From: an uncultured Actinomycetes bacterium
Lineage (GTDB): Bacteria > Chloroflexota > Dormibacteria > Aeolococcales > Aeolococcaceae
Assembly (NCBI GenBank): GCA_964499205.1
Contig: CAZCJX010000002.1
Span: 9,102 to 73,101 of the forward strand
Length of the DNA stretch: 64,000 nt
Reading direction: 5' to 3'
Each line of letters begins with the position of its first letter. The stretch's first letter is position 1. Under the pieces are notes generated by a model that saw only the letters and a program-made list of their open reading frames with translations, was not told where the DNA came from and did no database searches. The position numbers and the translations under genes were made by a program. Positions 45,531 to 55,437 of the stretch are shown piece by piece.

Positions 45531-47492
45531 ATGGAAGTCATCTCGTTCAGACGCCGGGTTGCCGGAGTGGTCGGCGTCGGCGCGGCCCTGGCCTTCGCGG
45601 CCTGCGGCGGCGGCGGCGGCACCAGTCAGAGCAGCTCGTCCAGTTCGACCCCGTCCGAAACCCAGAGCGGCGCGGTCAACGGTGGCACGCTGAACATCGG
45701 CCTGGTCCAGGAGCCCACCAGCTTCCTGGCCGCAGGCATCACCGACAGCATGACCTTCTCCTACGCTGTCGACGCGCTCACCAACGAGGGCCTGCTCTGG
45801 TACCGGTCGGTCGACGAGACCGCCAACGCCAAGACCCAGGCCGACTTCTGGCGCCCCGACCTGGCCACCGAGGTCCCCACCACCGCCAACGGTGACGTCA
45901 AGACCTCGGGGTGCAAGGACACCTCGGCCAAGATGTGCGTCACCTGGAAGCTCCGCCAGGGCGTCAAGTGGCAGGACGGCACCGCGTTCAGCTCCAAGGA
46001 CGTCTGCGACACCTTCCAGTTCTGGTGGCTCAAGTACAAGGACAAGAACCCGACGGCGGTTCTCACCACCACCGGCTGGGACCAGGTCATCTCCTGCGAT
46101 GACAGCAATCCCAGCCAGGCCGTCGTCAACTTCAAGTCGACGTTCGGCCCGTACCTGACCTTCGGCACCGGCGTGTACGGCATCATGCCGTCCAAGCAGG
46201 TGGAGGCAGCCTTCGCCGCCAACAGCGACCTCGAGAAGACCCCGCAGACCGTCGACCTGACCCTCGGCTCGGGCAACACGGACGCCTTCAAGGGCACCGA
46301 CACGCTCGACAAGATCACCGTCGGCACCGGTCCCTACGTCCTCTCGAAGTACGAGCCGACCAAGGACATCATCCTGGTCCGCAACAAGAACTACTGGGAC
46401 AAGGCGCACCAGCCGCACCTCGACTCGGTGGTCTTCAAGATCATCTCGGGCACCGCGGCGCAGCTGACCGCAGCCAAGGCGGGAGCCATCGACTTCGGCC
46501 TCGACTACCGCCTCAAGTTCCTTCAGGACCTGATCACGGAGTCGGCCAACGGCAAGCTGAAGGTCGAGACCATCCCGGAATCGGGCGCTGAGAAGATCGA
46601 CCTCAACACCTGCGACAACGCCCAGGGCCTGTGCGGCTCCGCGGCCAAGAAGTCGCCGTATCTCGCCGACAAGACCATCCGTCACGCGATCCTGCAGGGC
46701 ATCAACCGGCAGCAGATCGTCGACACGCTGGCCAGCGGCAAGACCGTCGTCCCCCAGGACTCGTGGATCTACCTGGGTTCCGAGTTCATCAAGACCACGG
46801 ATGACCCGACCACCAAGTTCGACCCGCAGGCGGCCAACTCCGCCCTGGACGCGGCCGGCTACAAGCTGAGCTCCAAGTGCGACGGCGGCAAGACCCGCGC
46901 GTTCAAGGACGGCAGCTGCATCGACCTCGACATCTCCACCACGGCCGGCAACGCCGCCCGTGAGGAGGCCGAGCCGCTGATCGCAGCCGACCTGCAGAAC
47001 ATCGGCATCCACGTCAACACCCCGTACAAGAACGTCACCCCCGGCAAGCTCTTCGGTTCCTTCGCCGACGGCGGTGTGCTCTACACGCACACGTTCGACA
47101 TGGCGATGTACACCAACACGCTGAGCAGCCCGGCGGAGCCGGACAACTGGTACGCGGGCTACCACGGCAACTGCGGCGGCTCGTGCCCCAGCGAGGTGCA
47201 GATCCCCTCTGCCGCCAACCAGGGCCAGGGCCAGGACGACACCGGCGAGGACAATCCCCAGGTCGACCAGTGGTTCGACCAGGCCCGCAACAGCATCGAC
47301 CTGAATACCCGCGCCAAGCTGTACAAGCAGATCGAGGTCCAGCTCGCCAAGGACCTGCCCGAGATCCCGCTGTACCAGCAGGTGACGGTCAACAGCTACA
47401 CGGTCAAGCTCCAGGGTCTGAAGCGCAACGACCTGGTCTGGACCTACAACTCGTACGACTGGTACTGCACTCAGGGCAACTGCCAGGCGTAG
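45531..47492 (+). CDS. ABC transporter substrate-binding lipoprotein, family 5 (peptide/nickel, OppA/DppA-like)
   Basis: In-frame ATG 45531. Signal peptide + lipobox LAFAAC. SBP_bac_5-type blocks (RNKNYWD, VFKII). 12 further Cys arranged in six close pairs. Confidence 0.85.
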   Translation: MEVISFRRRVAGVVGVGAALAFAACGGGGGTSQSSSSSSTPSETQSGAVNGGTLNIGLVQEPTSFLAAGITDSMTFSYAVDALTNEGLLWYRSVDETANAKTQADFWRPDLATEVPTTANGDVKTSGCKDTSAKMCVTWKLRQGVKWQDGTAFSSKDVCDTFQFWWLKYKDKNPTAVLTTTGWDQVISCDDSNPSQAVVNFKSTFGPYLTFGTGVYGIMPSKQVEAAFAANSDLEKTPQTVDLTLGSGNTDAFKGTDTLDKITVGTGPYVLSKYEPTKDIILVRNKNYWDKAHQPHLDSVVFKIISGTAAQLTAAKAGAIDFGLDYRLKFLQDLITESANGKLKVETIPESGAEKIDLNTCDNAQGLCGSAAKKSPYLADKTIRHAILQGINRQQIVDTLASGKTVVPQDSWIYLGSEFIKTTDDPTTKFDPQAANSALDAAGYKLSSKCDGGKTRAFKDGSCIDLDISTTAGNAAREEAEPLIAADLQNIGIHVNTPYKNVTPGKLFGSFADGGVLYTHTFDMAMYTNTLSSPAEPDNWYAGYHGNCGGSCPSEVQIPSAANQGQGQDDTGEDNPQVDQWFDQARNSIDLNTRAKLYKQIEVQLAKDLPEIPLYQQVTVNSYTVKLQGLKRNDLVWTYNSYDWYCTQGNCQA

Positions 47493-47533
47493 TCCCGGTC
47501 ACCGGACAACAGAACACGGCTGAATGAACGAGG

Positions 47534-47577
47534 CGGTCCGGGGTCCCGACGTGGGGCCCCGGACCGGCCTTTGTCTG
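47534..47577 (+). terminator. putative intrinsic terminator after the SBP gene
   Basis: 10-bp GC stem CGGTCCGGGG (47534-47543) / CCCCGGACCG (47557-47566), followed by GCCTTTGTCTG. Confidence 0.5.
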
Positions 47578-47782
47578 CAGCGGCATCCCCTCCAGTGACC
47601 CGCCGTCCCCCATGCGTCCTTCCCGCACGAAGTGGATGTTGCGCCGAGAGGCCGTTGATATACTCGGCCTCACCTGAGCCGAGGAGGACGCAGTGACGCC
47701 GTACATTCGTTTGGCGTCTCAGGAGGCAGCCCGCAACCGGATGTCGACGTCGATCCTCACCCGCGCACCGCGCCACTGACCC

Positions 47783-48709
47783 ATGGCCAGCACCAACGTC
47801 GTCCTGCAGCCCGGAACCGCGCCGTCGACTCCCGCGATCGACTTCGAGACGACCAAGGAGATCGGCTTCTACCAGCTGGTCTGGCGCCGCTTCCGCAGGC
47901 GCCGGATCGCGGTGGTCTCGATCTCCGTGCTCGCCCTCCTGGCGCTGGCCTGCGCCGTCGGCCCGATGCTGCTCCCCGCCGAGCACGTCGAGCCGACCCA
48001 CGCCAACCTCGGCCCGCTGCAGGCCGGACACCTGCTCGGCACCGACGACATCGGGCGTGACCTGCTGGTGCGCAACCTGAGCGGCGGCCGCATCTCGCTG
48101 GCGGTCGGCGGGCTGGCCATGCTGCTGACCATCGCCATCGCCACCTTGCTCGGCGCCCTGTCGGGCTTCTTCGGCGGCATCATCGACACCATCGTCAGCG
48201 CCATCACCAACGCGCTGCTGTCGATCCCCTCGATCCTCATCCTGGTGGTCTTCGCCAAGGCCTTCGGCCAGAGCATCCAGACCATCGTCATCGGCATCGC
48301 CCTGCTGGCCTGGCCGTACACCGCGCGCATCGTCCGCGCCGTCGTCCTCAGCGTCCGCGAGAAGGAGTTCGTCGAGGCCGCCAAGGCGCTCGGCACCTCG
48401 CGAATGCGGATCATGGTCCGCCACCTGGTGCCCAATGCCCTGGGGCCGATCGTGGTCAGCGCGTCGCTCACCATCGGCGCCGCCATCTTGCTGGAGTCGG
48501 CGCTGTCCTTCCTCGGGGTGGGCATCGGGCAGCCCACCGCGACCTGGGGCAGCCTGCTCAACCAGGGCTACTACGAGCTGACCGGCGGCGGCAACGGCTT
48601 CTTCTTCTCGCTCTGGCCGGGGCTGCTGATCCTGGTGACTGTGCTTTCCTTCAACTACATCGGCGACGCCCTGCGCGACGCCTTCGATCCACGCTCCCTG
48701 GAACGCTGA
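47783..48709 (+). CDS. ABC peptide transporter permease, DppC/OppC type
   Basis: OppC_N-like N-terminus ([18 protein letters not shown]), [10 protein letters not shown], and the EAA loop [25 protein letters not shown]. Confidence 0.85.
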   Translation: MASTNVVLQPGTAPSTPAIDFETTKEIGFYQLVWRRFRRRRIAVVSISVLALLALACAVGPMLLPAEHVEPTHANLGPLQAGHLLGTDDIGRDLLVRNLSGGRISLAVGGLAMLLTIAIATLLGALSGFFGGIIDTIVSAITNALLSIPSILILVVFAKAFGQSIQTIVIGIALLAWPYTARIVRAVVLSVREKEFVEAAKALGTSRMRIMVRHLVPNALGPIVVSASLTIGAAILLESALSFLGVGIGQPTATWGSLLNQGYYELTGGGNGFFFSLWPGLLILVTVLSFNYIGDALRDAFDPRSLER

Positions 48710-48717
48710 GAACCAAC

Positions 48718-49778
<1,061 letters not shown>

Positions 49779-49782
<4 letters not shown>

Positions 49783-50855
49783 GCGTCGCGCCGGGCGTCC
49801 CGGCCGCGGAGTCGGTTCCCACTCCGCCGCCGCCCCAGTCGGCGGCGCCGATGTATCGCGTGCAGGGACTGCGCAAGTGGTTCCCCATCAAAGCCGGCTT
49901 CCTGCGCCGCACCGTCGCCGACGTCCGCGCCGTCGACGACGTCGACTTCGACATCAGCCGGCGCGAGACGCTGGGGCTGGTGGGCGAGTCGGGGTGCGGC
50001 AAGACGACCACCGGTCGGTTGCTGCTGCGCCTGATCGAGCCCACCTCCGGTGTGCTCGAGTTCGAGGGGCGCGACATCACCCGCCTGCCCTACGCGGAGA
50101 TGAAGCGCCTGCGCGGGGAGATGCAGATCATCTTCCAGGACCCCTACGCGTCCTTGAACCCGCGCCTGCCGGTCGGCGACATCATCGGCGAGGGCCTCTA
50201 CAACCTGGGCATGCGCAATGCCGCCGAGCGCGAGAAGCGCGTCGCCGACATGCTGGAGCGGGTCGGCCTGCGCAAGTACTACATCAACCGCTATCCGCAC
50301 GAGTTCAGCGGCGGGCAGCGCCAGCGCATCGGCATCGCCCGCGCCCTGGTGCTGCGGCCCAAGTTCATCGTCGCCGACGAGCCGGTCTCCGCCCTCGACG
50401 TGTCGATCCAGTCGCAGGTGCTCAACCTGCTCAAGGACCTGCAGGAGGAGTTCGGGCTCACCTACCTGTTCATCTCACACAACCTGCAGGTGGTGCAGCA
50501 TGTGTCGGATCGCATCGGGGTGATGTACCTGGGGAAGATGGTGGAGCTGGCGTCGGCGGAGGATCTCTACCGGACGCCGCGGCACCCGTACAGCCAGGCG
50601 CTGCTGTCGGCGATCCCGCTGCCGGACCCGACGCGCAAGCGGGATCGGATCCTGCTGCGCGGTGATGTGCCGTCGGCGATCAATCCGCCCAGCGGGTGCC
50701 GATTCCATACCCGCTGCCCGCTGGCGCAGGACATCTGCCGCGAGGTGGAGCCGGTGTTGGAGCCGAAGGGGAAGGCGGATCACCTGGCGGCGTGTCATTT
50801 TGCGGATACGCGGGAGGCGAGGGAGTTGGGGGCGAAGGTGGCGATCACGGCGTAG
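49779..50855 (+). CDS. ABC peptide transporter ATP-binding protein (DppF/OppF type)
   Basis: Walker A GESGCGKT, signature FSGGQRQR, Walker [17 protein letters not shown] overlap with the upstream gene. Confidence 0.9.
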
Positions 50856-50897
50856 GGTCTCTAAGCCACGGCGCTTGCGGGTAGGGTGGGCGGGGAT

Positions 50898-51003
50898 CAG
50901 GGCGCACGGAGTCCCGGCTCGGACAGTCCTCGTCTGCCGGCGCGCGCCTGTCGGCGCAGCTGCGCCGGCGCCTGCGGAACTCGCCGGGACTCCGTGTGCC
51001 CTG
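50898..51003. repeat. Copy 2 of the ~105-nt GC-rich hairpin repeat (outer arms CAGGGCGCACGGAGTCCCGGC / GCCGGGACTCCGTGTGCCCTG)
   Basis: 21-bp terminal stem with one G/T pair. Same conserved internal blocks as 118-222 but different, mutually complementary arm sequences. Confidence 0.7.
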
Positions 51004-51028
51004 CTCCCCTGCGACACTCTGCGCGGCG

Positions 51029-51074
51029 GGCGCTACGACTGGCGCTACGACGGGGCGCTACGACGGGGCGCGCT
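51029..51074. repeat. 3.5 x direct repeat of GGCGCTACGAC (period 12-13 bp) upstream of the MsrP-like gene
   Basis: Read directly. The copies start at 51029, 51041 and 51054, with a partial copy at 51067. They lie about 80-125 bp upstream of ATG 51153. Confidence 0.6.
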
Positions 51075-51152
51075 GGCTGGTGGGTCGCGAGTGCCAACGG
51101 GTCCGCCTGCGCGGGGGATCCGCTCGTCACCGGAGGGGCGTATAAGCAGGGT

Positions 51153-51899
51153 ATGGACGAGGAGACGGCGCCGTTCGGGAAGCCGGTGGGGCGGCGCATA
51201 TTCCTGGGGTTGCTGGGGGCGGGGGCGGCGGGGCTCGCCTTCACGCAGTGGGGGTTGCGGGGGGACGATGCGGACCCGGGGAGCGTGGCGCAGGCGGTGC
51301 CGCTGGGGAGCATGGATGTCGACAAGCGGGAGGCGTCGGAGGGGTATCACCCGAACATCGTCACCACCGAGCGGTTCCGCTACTACTCGGTGGGGTATCC
51401 GCCGGGGTACGACAGGAGCAGGTGGCGGCTGGCGGTCAACGGGGAGGGGCTGGATCGGCACCTGGCGATGACGCTCGACGAGCTGAAGGCGTATCCCAAC
51501 GTGGCGATCAAGGCGACGTTCCGGTGCGTCACCGGGTGGCGGGTCAGGGACAACCTGTGGCGCGGGGTTCGGGTCAGGGATGTCATCGACGGGTTGGGGC
51601 GCAACGGCAAGGCGAAGTTCGTCACCTTCTATTCCGGCGACGGCGTCTACACCGACTCGCTGACCATCCAGCAGGCGCGCAGCGACAACGCGATGCTGGC
51701 GTGGGAGCTCAACGGCGCGCCGCTGATCAAGGAGCAGGGGTTCCCGCTGCGGCTGGTGTATCCCGATATGTACGGATACAAGAACGTCAAGTGGGTGCAC
51801 CGCCTGGAGGTCAAGTCGACGCGCGACATCGGCTTCTGGGAACAGAACGGGTGGGACATCGACGCCTATGTCTACAACCCGCCGAAGTTCAATGGCTGA
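51153..51899 (+). CDS. molybdopterin-dependent oxidoreductase, sulfite-oxidase fold (MsrP/YedY-like), Tat-exported
   Basis: In-frame ATG 51153. Twin-arginine signal GRRIFLGLLGAGAAGLAF. Contains the CVTGW Mo-ligand Cys block and PLRLVYP.MYGYKNVKWV. Confidence 0.8.
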   Translation: MDEETAPFGKPVGRRIFLGLLGAGAAGLAFTQWGLRGDDADPGSVAQAVPLGSMDVDKREASEGYHPNIVTTERFRYYSVGYPPGYDRSRWRLAVNGEGLDRHLAMTLDELKAYPNVAIKATFRCVTGWRVRDNLWRGVRVRDVIDGLGRNGKAKFVTFYSGDGVYTDSLTIQQARSDNAMLAWELNGAPLIKEQGFPLRLVYPDMYGYKNVKWVHRLEVKSTRDIGFWEQNGWDIDAYVYNPPKFNG

Positions 51900-52581
51900 G
51901 CACGCGGCCCCCGAGCTCCTCCACCGCTTCGACGCGCGCGACCGCATGGTGCACTGGCTGTTCGCGCTCTTCTTCATCCTGCTGCTGTTGAGCGGCCTCG
52001 GCCTCTGGCTGCCGCCCGGCCAGAACCCGGTGCTCGACCATCGCGACCTGGTCCGCGCCGTGCACCTCGACTCCGCGCTCGGCCTGCTGGCAACCATGAT
52101 CCCCGCCCTCAGCAAGGGCTCGCCGCTCAGCAACCTCTGGCAGCAGGTGCAGTGGTTCGACCGCGACGACTGGCTGTGGCTGCGCCGCATCGTCGTCCCC
52201 AAGCCGCTGCGCCGCGCGCCGCTGCCCCCGCAGGGCCGCTACAACGCCGGCCAGAAGCTCAACACCATCGCCATCGCCGCCGCGACAGTTGGCTTCGTCG
52301 TCACCGGCGCGCTGATGTGGCAGGGCGAACATCTGCCCACCAGCCTCAGCGAGGCCGCCGACACCTGGCATCTCTGGCTGATGGTGCTGGTCATCCCGCT
52401 GGTGCTGGGACATCTCGTGCTCTCCACCCTGCTGCCGTCGACGCGGCCGGCGCTGCGCGGCATTCTGTTCGGCTCGGTGCGCGCCGAATTCGCCCGCCGC
52501 CGCCACGCGCGCTGGGCCGCCAGCGTGCAGGGCAGCAACGAGGCGCCGCCCGAGTCGCCGTCCCAGGGTCCGACGGCGTAG
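51892..52581 (+). CDS. b-type cytochrome membrane subunit (FdnI / Ni-Fe hydrogenase cytochrome b family)
   Basis: In-frame ATG 51892 overlaps the upstream stop. RF...R.VHW.FA..F..LL.SGL, GRYNAGQKL, and conserved His residues in TM helices. Confidence 0.7.
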   Translation: MAEHAAPELLHRFDARDRMVHWLFALFFILLLLSGLGLWLPPGQNPVLDHRDLVRAVHLDSALGLLATMIPALSKGSPLSNLWQQVQWFDRDDWLWLRRIVVPKPLRRAPLPPQGRYNAGQKLNTIAIAAATVGFVVTGALMWQGEHLPTSLSEAADTWHLWLMVLVIPLVLGHLVLSTLLPSTRPALRGILFGSVRAEFARRRHARWAASVQGSNEAPPESPSQGPTA

Positions 52582-52632
52582 CATCGGGCGCGCGGTCAGC
52601 CCAAAAGCTCGCATTCCCCGGAGGTTCGTTCT

Positions 52633-54072
52633 GTGCGCGACCTCGCCGAGCGTGCCCTCGACACCGCCACCGCGGGTGGGGCGGCGTATGCCGACTGCCG
52701 CGTCGTCTCGCGCGCGGTGCAGGTCGTCGTCGTCAAGAACGGTGCGGTGGCGCGGATCGCGCTGTCCGAGGACGAGGGCATCGGCATCCGCGTCATCGTC
52801 GACGGCTGCTGGGGCTTCGCCGGCGTCGACCGCCTCGACGGCCGCAGCATCGACGAGACGGTGGAGCGCGCCCTGCGCATCGCCAGGGCGAGCGCCCGCG
52901 TCGCCGGCCCGCCGATCCGCCTCTCGCCGCTGCGACCGGTGGTCGCCGAGTACAGCACGCCGATCGAGCAGGACCCTTTCGCGGTGCCGCTGGATCGCAA
53001 GGTCGACCTGCTGCTGCGCACCGACGCCGCCATGTCGCGCGTCCCCCAGGTCACCGTGCGCGAGACCTCGCTGGAGTTCGTGCGAGAGCGCCGCTTCTTC
53101 GCCAGCAGCGAGGGCGCGCGTATCGACCAGACCATCGTCGAGTCGGGCGGTGGCCTCGACGCCACCGCCACCAGCGCTGACGAGGTGCAGACGCGCAGCT
53201 ACCCCAACAGCTTCGGCCGCCACCAGCTCTGCGCCGGCTGGGAGGCCATCGAGGCGATGGACCTGCCCGGCAACGCCGAGCGCATCGCGTCGGAAGCCGC
53301 CGCGCTGCTCACCGCGGAGCAGTGTCCCTCCGGGGTGATGACGGTGATCCTCGACGCCACCCAGGCCGCGCTGCAGGTCCACGAGTCGTGTGGCCATCCC
53401 ACCGAGCTCGACCGCGCCCTCGGCGCCGAGGCCGCCTTCGCCGGCACCAGCTTCCTCACCCCCGACCTGCTCGGCTCCTTCCGCTACGGCAGCGACCAGG
53501 TCACCATGACCGCCGACGCCACCCGCCCGCAGGGCCTGGGCACCTTCGGCTACGACGACGAGGGCGTCCCCGCGCAGCGCACAGTTCTGGTCGACCATGG
53601 CATCTTCACCGACTACATGTCGTCGCGGGAGACCGCGCCGGAGCTGGGCCGCGCCAGCAACGGCACCATGCGCGCCGACGGCTGGTCGCGCATCCCGCTG
53701 ATCCGCATGACCAACGTCAACCTCGAACCCGGCGACTCCTCGCTGGAGGAGATGATCGCCGGCACCGAGCACGGCGTGTACCTCGAGACCAACCGCAGCT
53801 GGAGCATCGACGACCGCCGCCTCAACTTCCAGTTCGGCACCCAGAACGGCTGGGTCATCGAGAACGGAAAGCGGACCAAGCTGGTGCGCAACGCGCTCTA
53901 CAGCGGCATCACCCCCGAGTTCTGGCGCTCCTGCGACGCGGTGGCCGGCCCGGCCGAGTGGCAGATGCTCGGCGTGGTCAACTGCGGCAAGGGCGAGCCG
54001 GGGCAGGTGATGCACGTCGGCCACGGCGCCGCACCCTGCCGCTTCCGCAACGTGCGCGTCGAGGCCTCCTGA
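52633..54072 (+). CDS. tldD: TldD metalloprotease
   Basis: 479 aa. HESCGHPTELDR (HExxxH) and the C-terminal GxC motif VNCGKGEPGQ. Confidence 0.9.
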   Translation: MRDLAERALDTATAGGAAYADCRVVSRAVQVVVVKNGAVARIALSEDEGIGIRVIVDGCWGFAGVDRLDGRSIDETVERALRIARASARVAGPPIRLSPLRPVVAEYSTPIEQDPFAVPLDRKVDLLLRTDAAMSRVPQVTVRETSLEFVRERRFFASSEGARIDQTIVESGGGLDATATSADEVQTRSYPNSFGRHQLCAGWEAIEAMDLPGNAERIASEAAALLTAEQCPSGVMTVILDATQAALQVHESCGHPTELDRALGAEAAFAGTSFLTPDLLGSFRYGSDQVTMTADATRPQGLGTFGYDDEGVPAQRTVLVDHGIFTDYMSSRETAPELGRASNGTMRADGWSRIPLIRMTNVNLEPGDSSLEEMIAGTEHGVYLETNRSWSIDDRRLNFQFGTQNGWVIENGKRTKLVRNALYSGITPEFWRSCDAVAGPAEWQMLGVVNCGKGEPGQVMHVGHGAAPCRFRNVRVEAS

Positions 54073-54075
54073 CCC

Positions 54076-55419
54076 ATGGCGCTGCGCGACCGCGACGCTG
54101 TCGAGGCGCTGGCCCGCGAGGTGCTCCGCCGCGTCCCCGACGGCACTGACGCCGAGGTGATCGTCGACGAGACCGACTCCGCGCTCACCCGCTACGCCCT
54201 CAACGCCATCCACCAGAACGTCGCCGAGCGCGGCCTGCGCCTGCGACTGCGCCTGGTGCGCGACGGCCGCGTCGGCGTCGCCGAGCTGCGCGGCGAATCC
54301 GAGGACGTCGCCGACCGCCTGGTCCGCGCCGCCGAGGACGCGCGCCGCCTCGCTCCCGCGCGCAACGACCTGCCGCCGCTGCCCGACCGTGACGTTGCCC
54401 GCCCCGACAAGGGCGGCTCCGCAGCGTGGAGCGACAGCACCGCCGAGGCCACGCCGGAACTGCGCGCCGACGCCATCGCGGTGGTGACGCGCGCCGCCAG
54501 CGCCAAAGGCCTGCAGGCGTTCGGCGCCCTGGAGACCACCGCGCAGCAGGTCGCCGTGGTCAACACGCGCGGCGTCAGCCGCCACGCCCGCAGCACCGTG
54601 GCGCGCCTCACCGCCGTCGCCCGCGGCACCGACGGCGCCGGCTACGCCGACCGCTGCGCCGCCGCCGCCGACCGGCTCGACCCCGAGGCGGTCGCCGCCG
54701 AGGTCGTCGACACGGCGCTGCGCAACCAGCAGGCGCAACCGGTCGAGCCGGGCGACTACGAGGTGGTGCTGGCGCCGTACGCCGTCGCCGAGATGCTCGA
54801 GTACCTCAGCTGGATGGGCTTCAGCGCTCTGGCCAAGCAGGAGGAACGCAGCTTCATGCGCCCCGGCGAACGCATGATGAGCGAGAGCGTGACCCTGCGC
54901 GACGATGCCGCCGACCCGCGCGGGCTGCCCTTTCCCTTCGACTGGGAGGGTGTCACCGCGCAGCCCGTCACCTTCGTCGACAACGGCGTATGCCGCGACT
55001 TCGTGTACGACTCGCCGACGGCGATGGTCGACGGCGTGCGCACCACCGGACACGCGCTGCCCCAGCCCAACACCGACGGCCCGGTGGCGACCCACCTGGT
55101 CATGGAGCCCGGCGAGCTCACCCCCGACCAGCTCGTCGCCAACGTGCGCCGCGGCCTCTACGTCACGCGCTTCTGGTACGTGCGCGAGGTGCATCCGCTG
55201 CGCACCATCATCACCGGCATGACGCGCGAGGGCACCTTCCAGATCGACGAGGGACGGCTGACCCGCCCGGTGCGCGACCTCCGCTTCACCCAGAGCATCG
55301 TCGGGGCGCTGGCCAGCGTGCGCGGCATCTCCCGGGAACGGCGCCTGGAGATTCCCGACGAGGGCACCGCCACCCTGGCTCCCTGGCTGCACGTCGGACG
55401 GTTCCATTTCAGCTCCTGA
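54076..55419 (+). CDS. pmbA: PmbA/TldE family protein (TldD partner)
   Basis: 447 aa of the same fold without the HExxxH motif. Located immediately downstream of tldD. Confidence 0.85.
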   Translation: MALRDRDAVEALAREVLRRVPDGTDAEVIVDETDSALTRYALNAIHQNVAERGLRLRLRLVRDGRVGVAELRGESEDVADRLVRAAEDARRLAPARNDLPPLPDRDVARPDKGGSAAWSDSTAEATPELRADAIAVVTRAASAKGLQAFGALETTAQQVAVVNTRGVSRHARSTVARLTAVARGTDGAGYADRCAAAADRLDPEAVAAEVVDTALRNQQAQPVEPGDYEVVLAPYAVAEMLEYLSWMGFSALAKQEERSFMRPGERMMSESVTLRDDAADPRGLPFPFDWEGVTAQPVTFVDNGVCRDFVYDSPTAMVDGVRTTGHALPQPNTDGPVATHLVMEPGELTPDQLVANVRRGLYVTRFWYVREVHPLRTIITGMTREGTFQIDEGRLTRPVRDLRFTQSIVGALASVRGISRERRLEIPDEGTATLAPWLHVGRFHFSS

Positions 55420-55437
55420 GCGCGCCGTGCTGCTACG

